Shown here: in pieces, positions 62,721 through 64,000 of the stretch | Layout: every line of letters starts with the position of its first letter | Numbering within the stretch: position 1 is the stretch's first letter | Assembly: GCF_036365525.1 (NCBI RefSeq) | Contig: NC_090379.1 | Span: 55,677,805-55,741,804, forward strand | Length of the DNA stretch: 64,000 nucleotides | Direction: 5' to 3' | DNA from: Heterodontus francisci | Taxonomy: Eukaryota | The notes under the pieces: model-generated | Databases searched by the model: none | The model's input: the letters and a program-made list of their open reading frames with translations, nothing else | Told to the model about the DNA's origin: nothing | Translations under genes and position numbers: made by a program

Positions 62721-64000
62721 TAAATTTACTTTTTTTTTATTCATTCATGGGATGTGAGCATCGCTAGCAAAGCCAGCATTTGTTCCTCATTCCTAATTGC
62801 CCTTGAGAAGGTAAATTTAAAACTGATGTCAATGAATTTCTTCCATCAAATATTTAGAAGAATTTGCCAGACAAGGCTGAAGGTAGAGAATTCAAAATGC
62901 AGTTGGATACTAGGCTGGGAGAGTTAGGGTGTGAGAGGAATGATCTTCAATGGACCAAATGTAGGAAATTTTTTCTGATGCAGTGCTTTTACAGATTCAA
63001 CCCAGTACAGCTTTTTATTTGAAAACCACATTTATTTGACGGCTGCATTTACTGTTGATTCTTTTTGCGTAATGTGACCAATTACATCTATACTTTGCAC
63101 TTCTGCAGATTAAGTGGTCGCAAATTAAGTGTATTGTATTTTAAAATTACTTTTTAAATGAAAATAGCTCAGAGCCCTTTCCAAAACTGATACTGAATTG
63201 AGATCTCTGTGAAAGTATTAAAATGAGGGATCAACCATAGGTCCCTCTCATTTTCAATCCATATCGAAGCACAAACTTTTCAGTCCTGTGTTCGTTTTGG
63301 ATTTGAGTGACTAAATGGTCTTCACCTGTTTTTGTTTTCTCCTGAATTAAGTACTGTTCCTATAGATTTAAGTTCAACTGTGTTGCTGCACAGTCATAAT
63401 TACGTAAACTTTTACTCAACCGGATTTCAGCATCTGCCTCCCTCCTCACAAATGCTAGTTGATTGCAAAAAGGTTAAAGTTAATTTGTTACTGAACCATC
63501 CTGTCCAGTGTAGTGAAAAACTCAGCATATTGATTATGGTTGTGATTCTGGTTTACAAAAATCTGCTAAAGTTACAATTTTTTTGAAAAGTGCATATTTC
63601 ATATTTATATGATTTTGTCACAATATTGTGTTGATGGTGGTATTCAATCAGTAAGGGACTTACTGTGTTCTTTATGAGGTACTGAATTTCCACTTAATCA
63701 TAAATTCAAGGAAGTGATCCATCAAGTAATTAGTGAGTGCGGTTAAAATTATGATTAAAATCTATTTCTTGTAACTGCATTTTTTAAAAGCTTTTTTGAA
63801 GCTGTCTGCTTTTTATTTTTGCCAGAATCATAACTAAACAGCAATTTCCCTTGATATTGGAAACTCTATCACCTGAAATAGTTGACATTTATAACTGTTA
63901 TCATCTTTTAGCTCTCTCTATTTAAGCTCCTCTCTGAAAAGTACATTGTCCTTAAACTCCTCTTATCTATTCTGTGGTACCTGGCATTTTCCTATCAGAG

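Noticed and set aside
59930-64000. STYX exon 2 (EWTYPMRREMQ-like)
   Set aside because: Not found by eye; probably beyond the window end

Overview
Vertebrate nuclear DNA, most likely from a cartilaginous fish (shark-type CR1/HER1 LINEs, a DeuSINE and Penelope-like repeats; the taxon is inferred). The window holds the conserved syntenic block ERO1A(-) / PSMC6(+) / STYX(+). It contains ERO1A coding exons 1-12 (20062 down to 592; the 3' exons lie beyond the left edge), the complete 14-exon PSMC6 CDS (35377-55219; 1170 nt, 389 aa) and STYX coding exon 1 (59873-59929). Introns and the 15-kb ERO1A-PSMC6 spacer are packed with mobile DNA: a nearly intact CR1 ORF2, many CR1/L2/RTE fragments, solo LTRs, a Penelope-like element, a decayed two-gene Harbinger transposon, MITEs and SINEs. 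I found no convincing wholly new multi-gene system. The most unusual signals are fine-scale: two short-range templated duplications, a frame-preserving micro-inversion in a young LINE, a 9-nt ERO1A microexon, loss of a conserved ERO1A cysteine, and a 1.6-kb G-tract minisatellite plus a uORF at the STYX promoter. Repeat boundaries are approximate and were set by eye.
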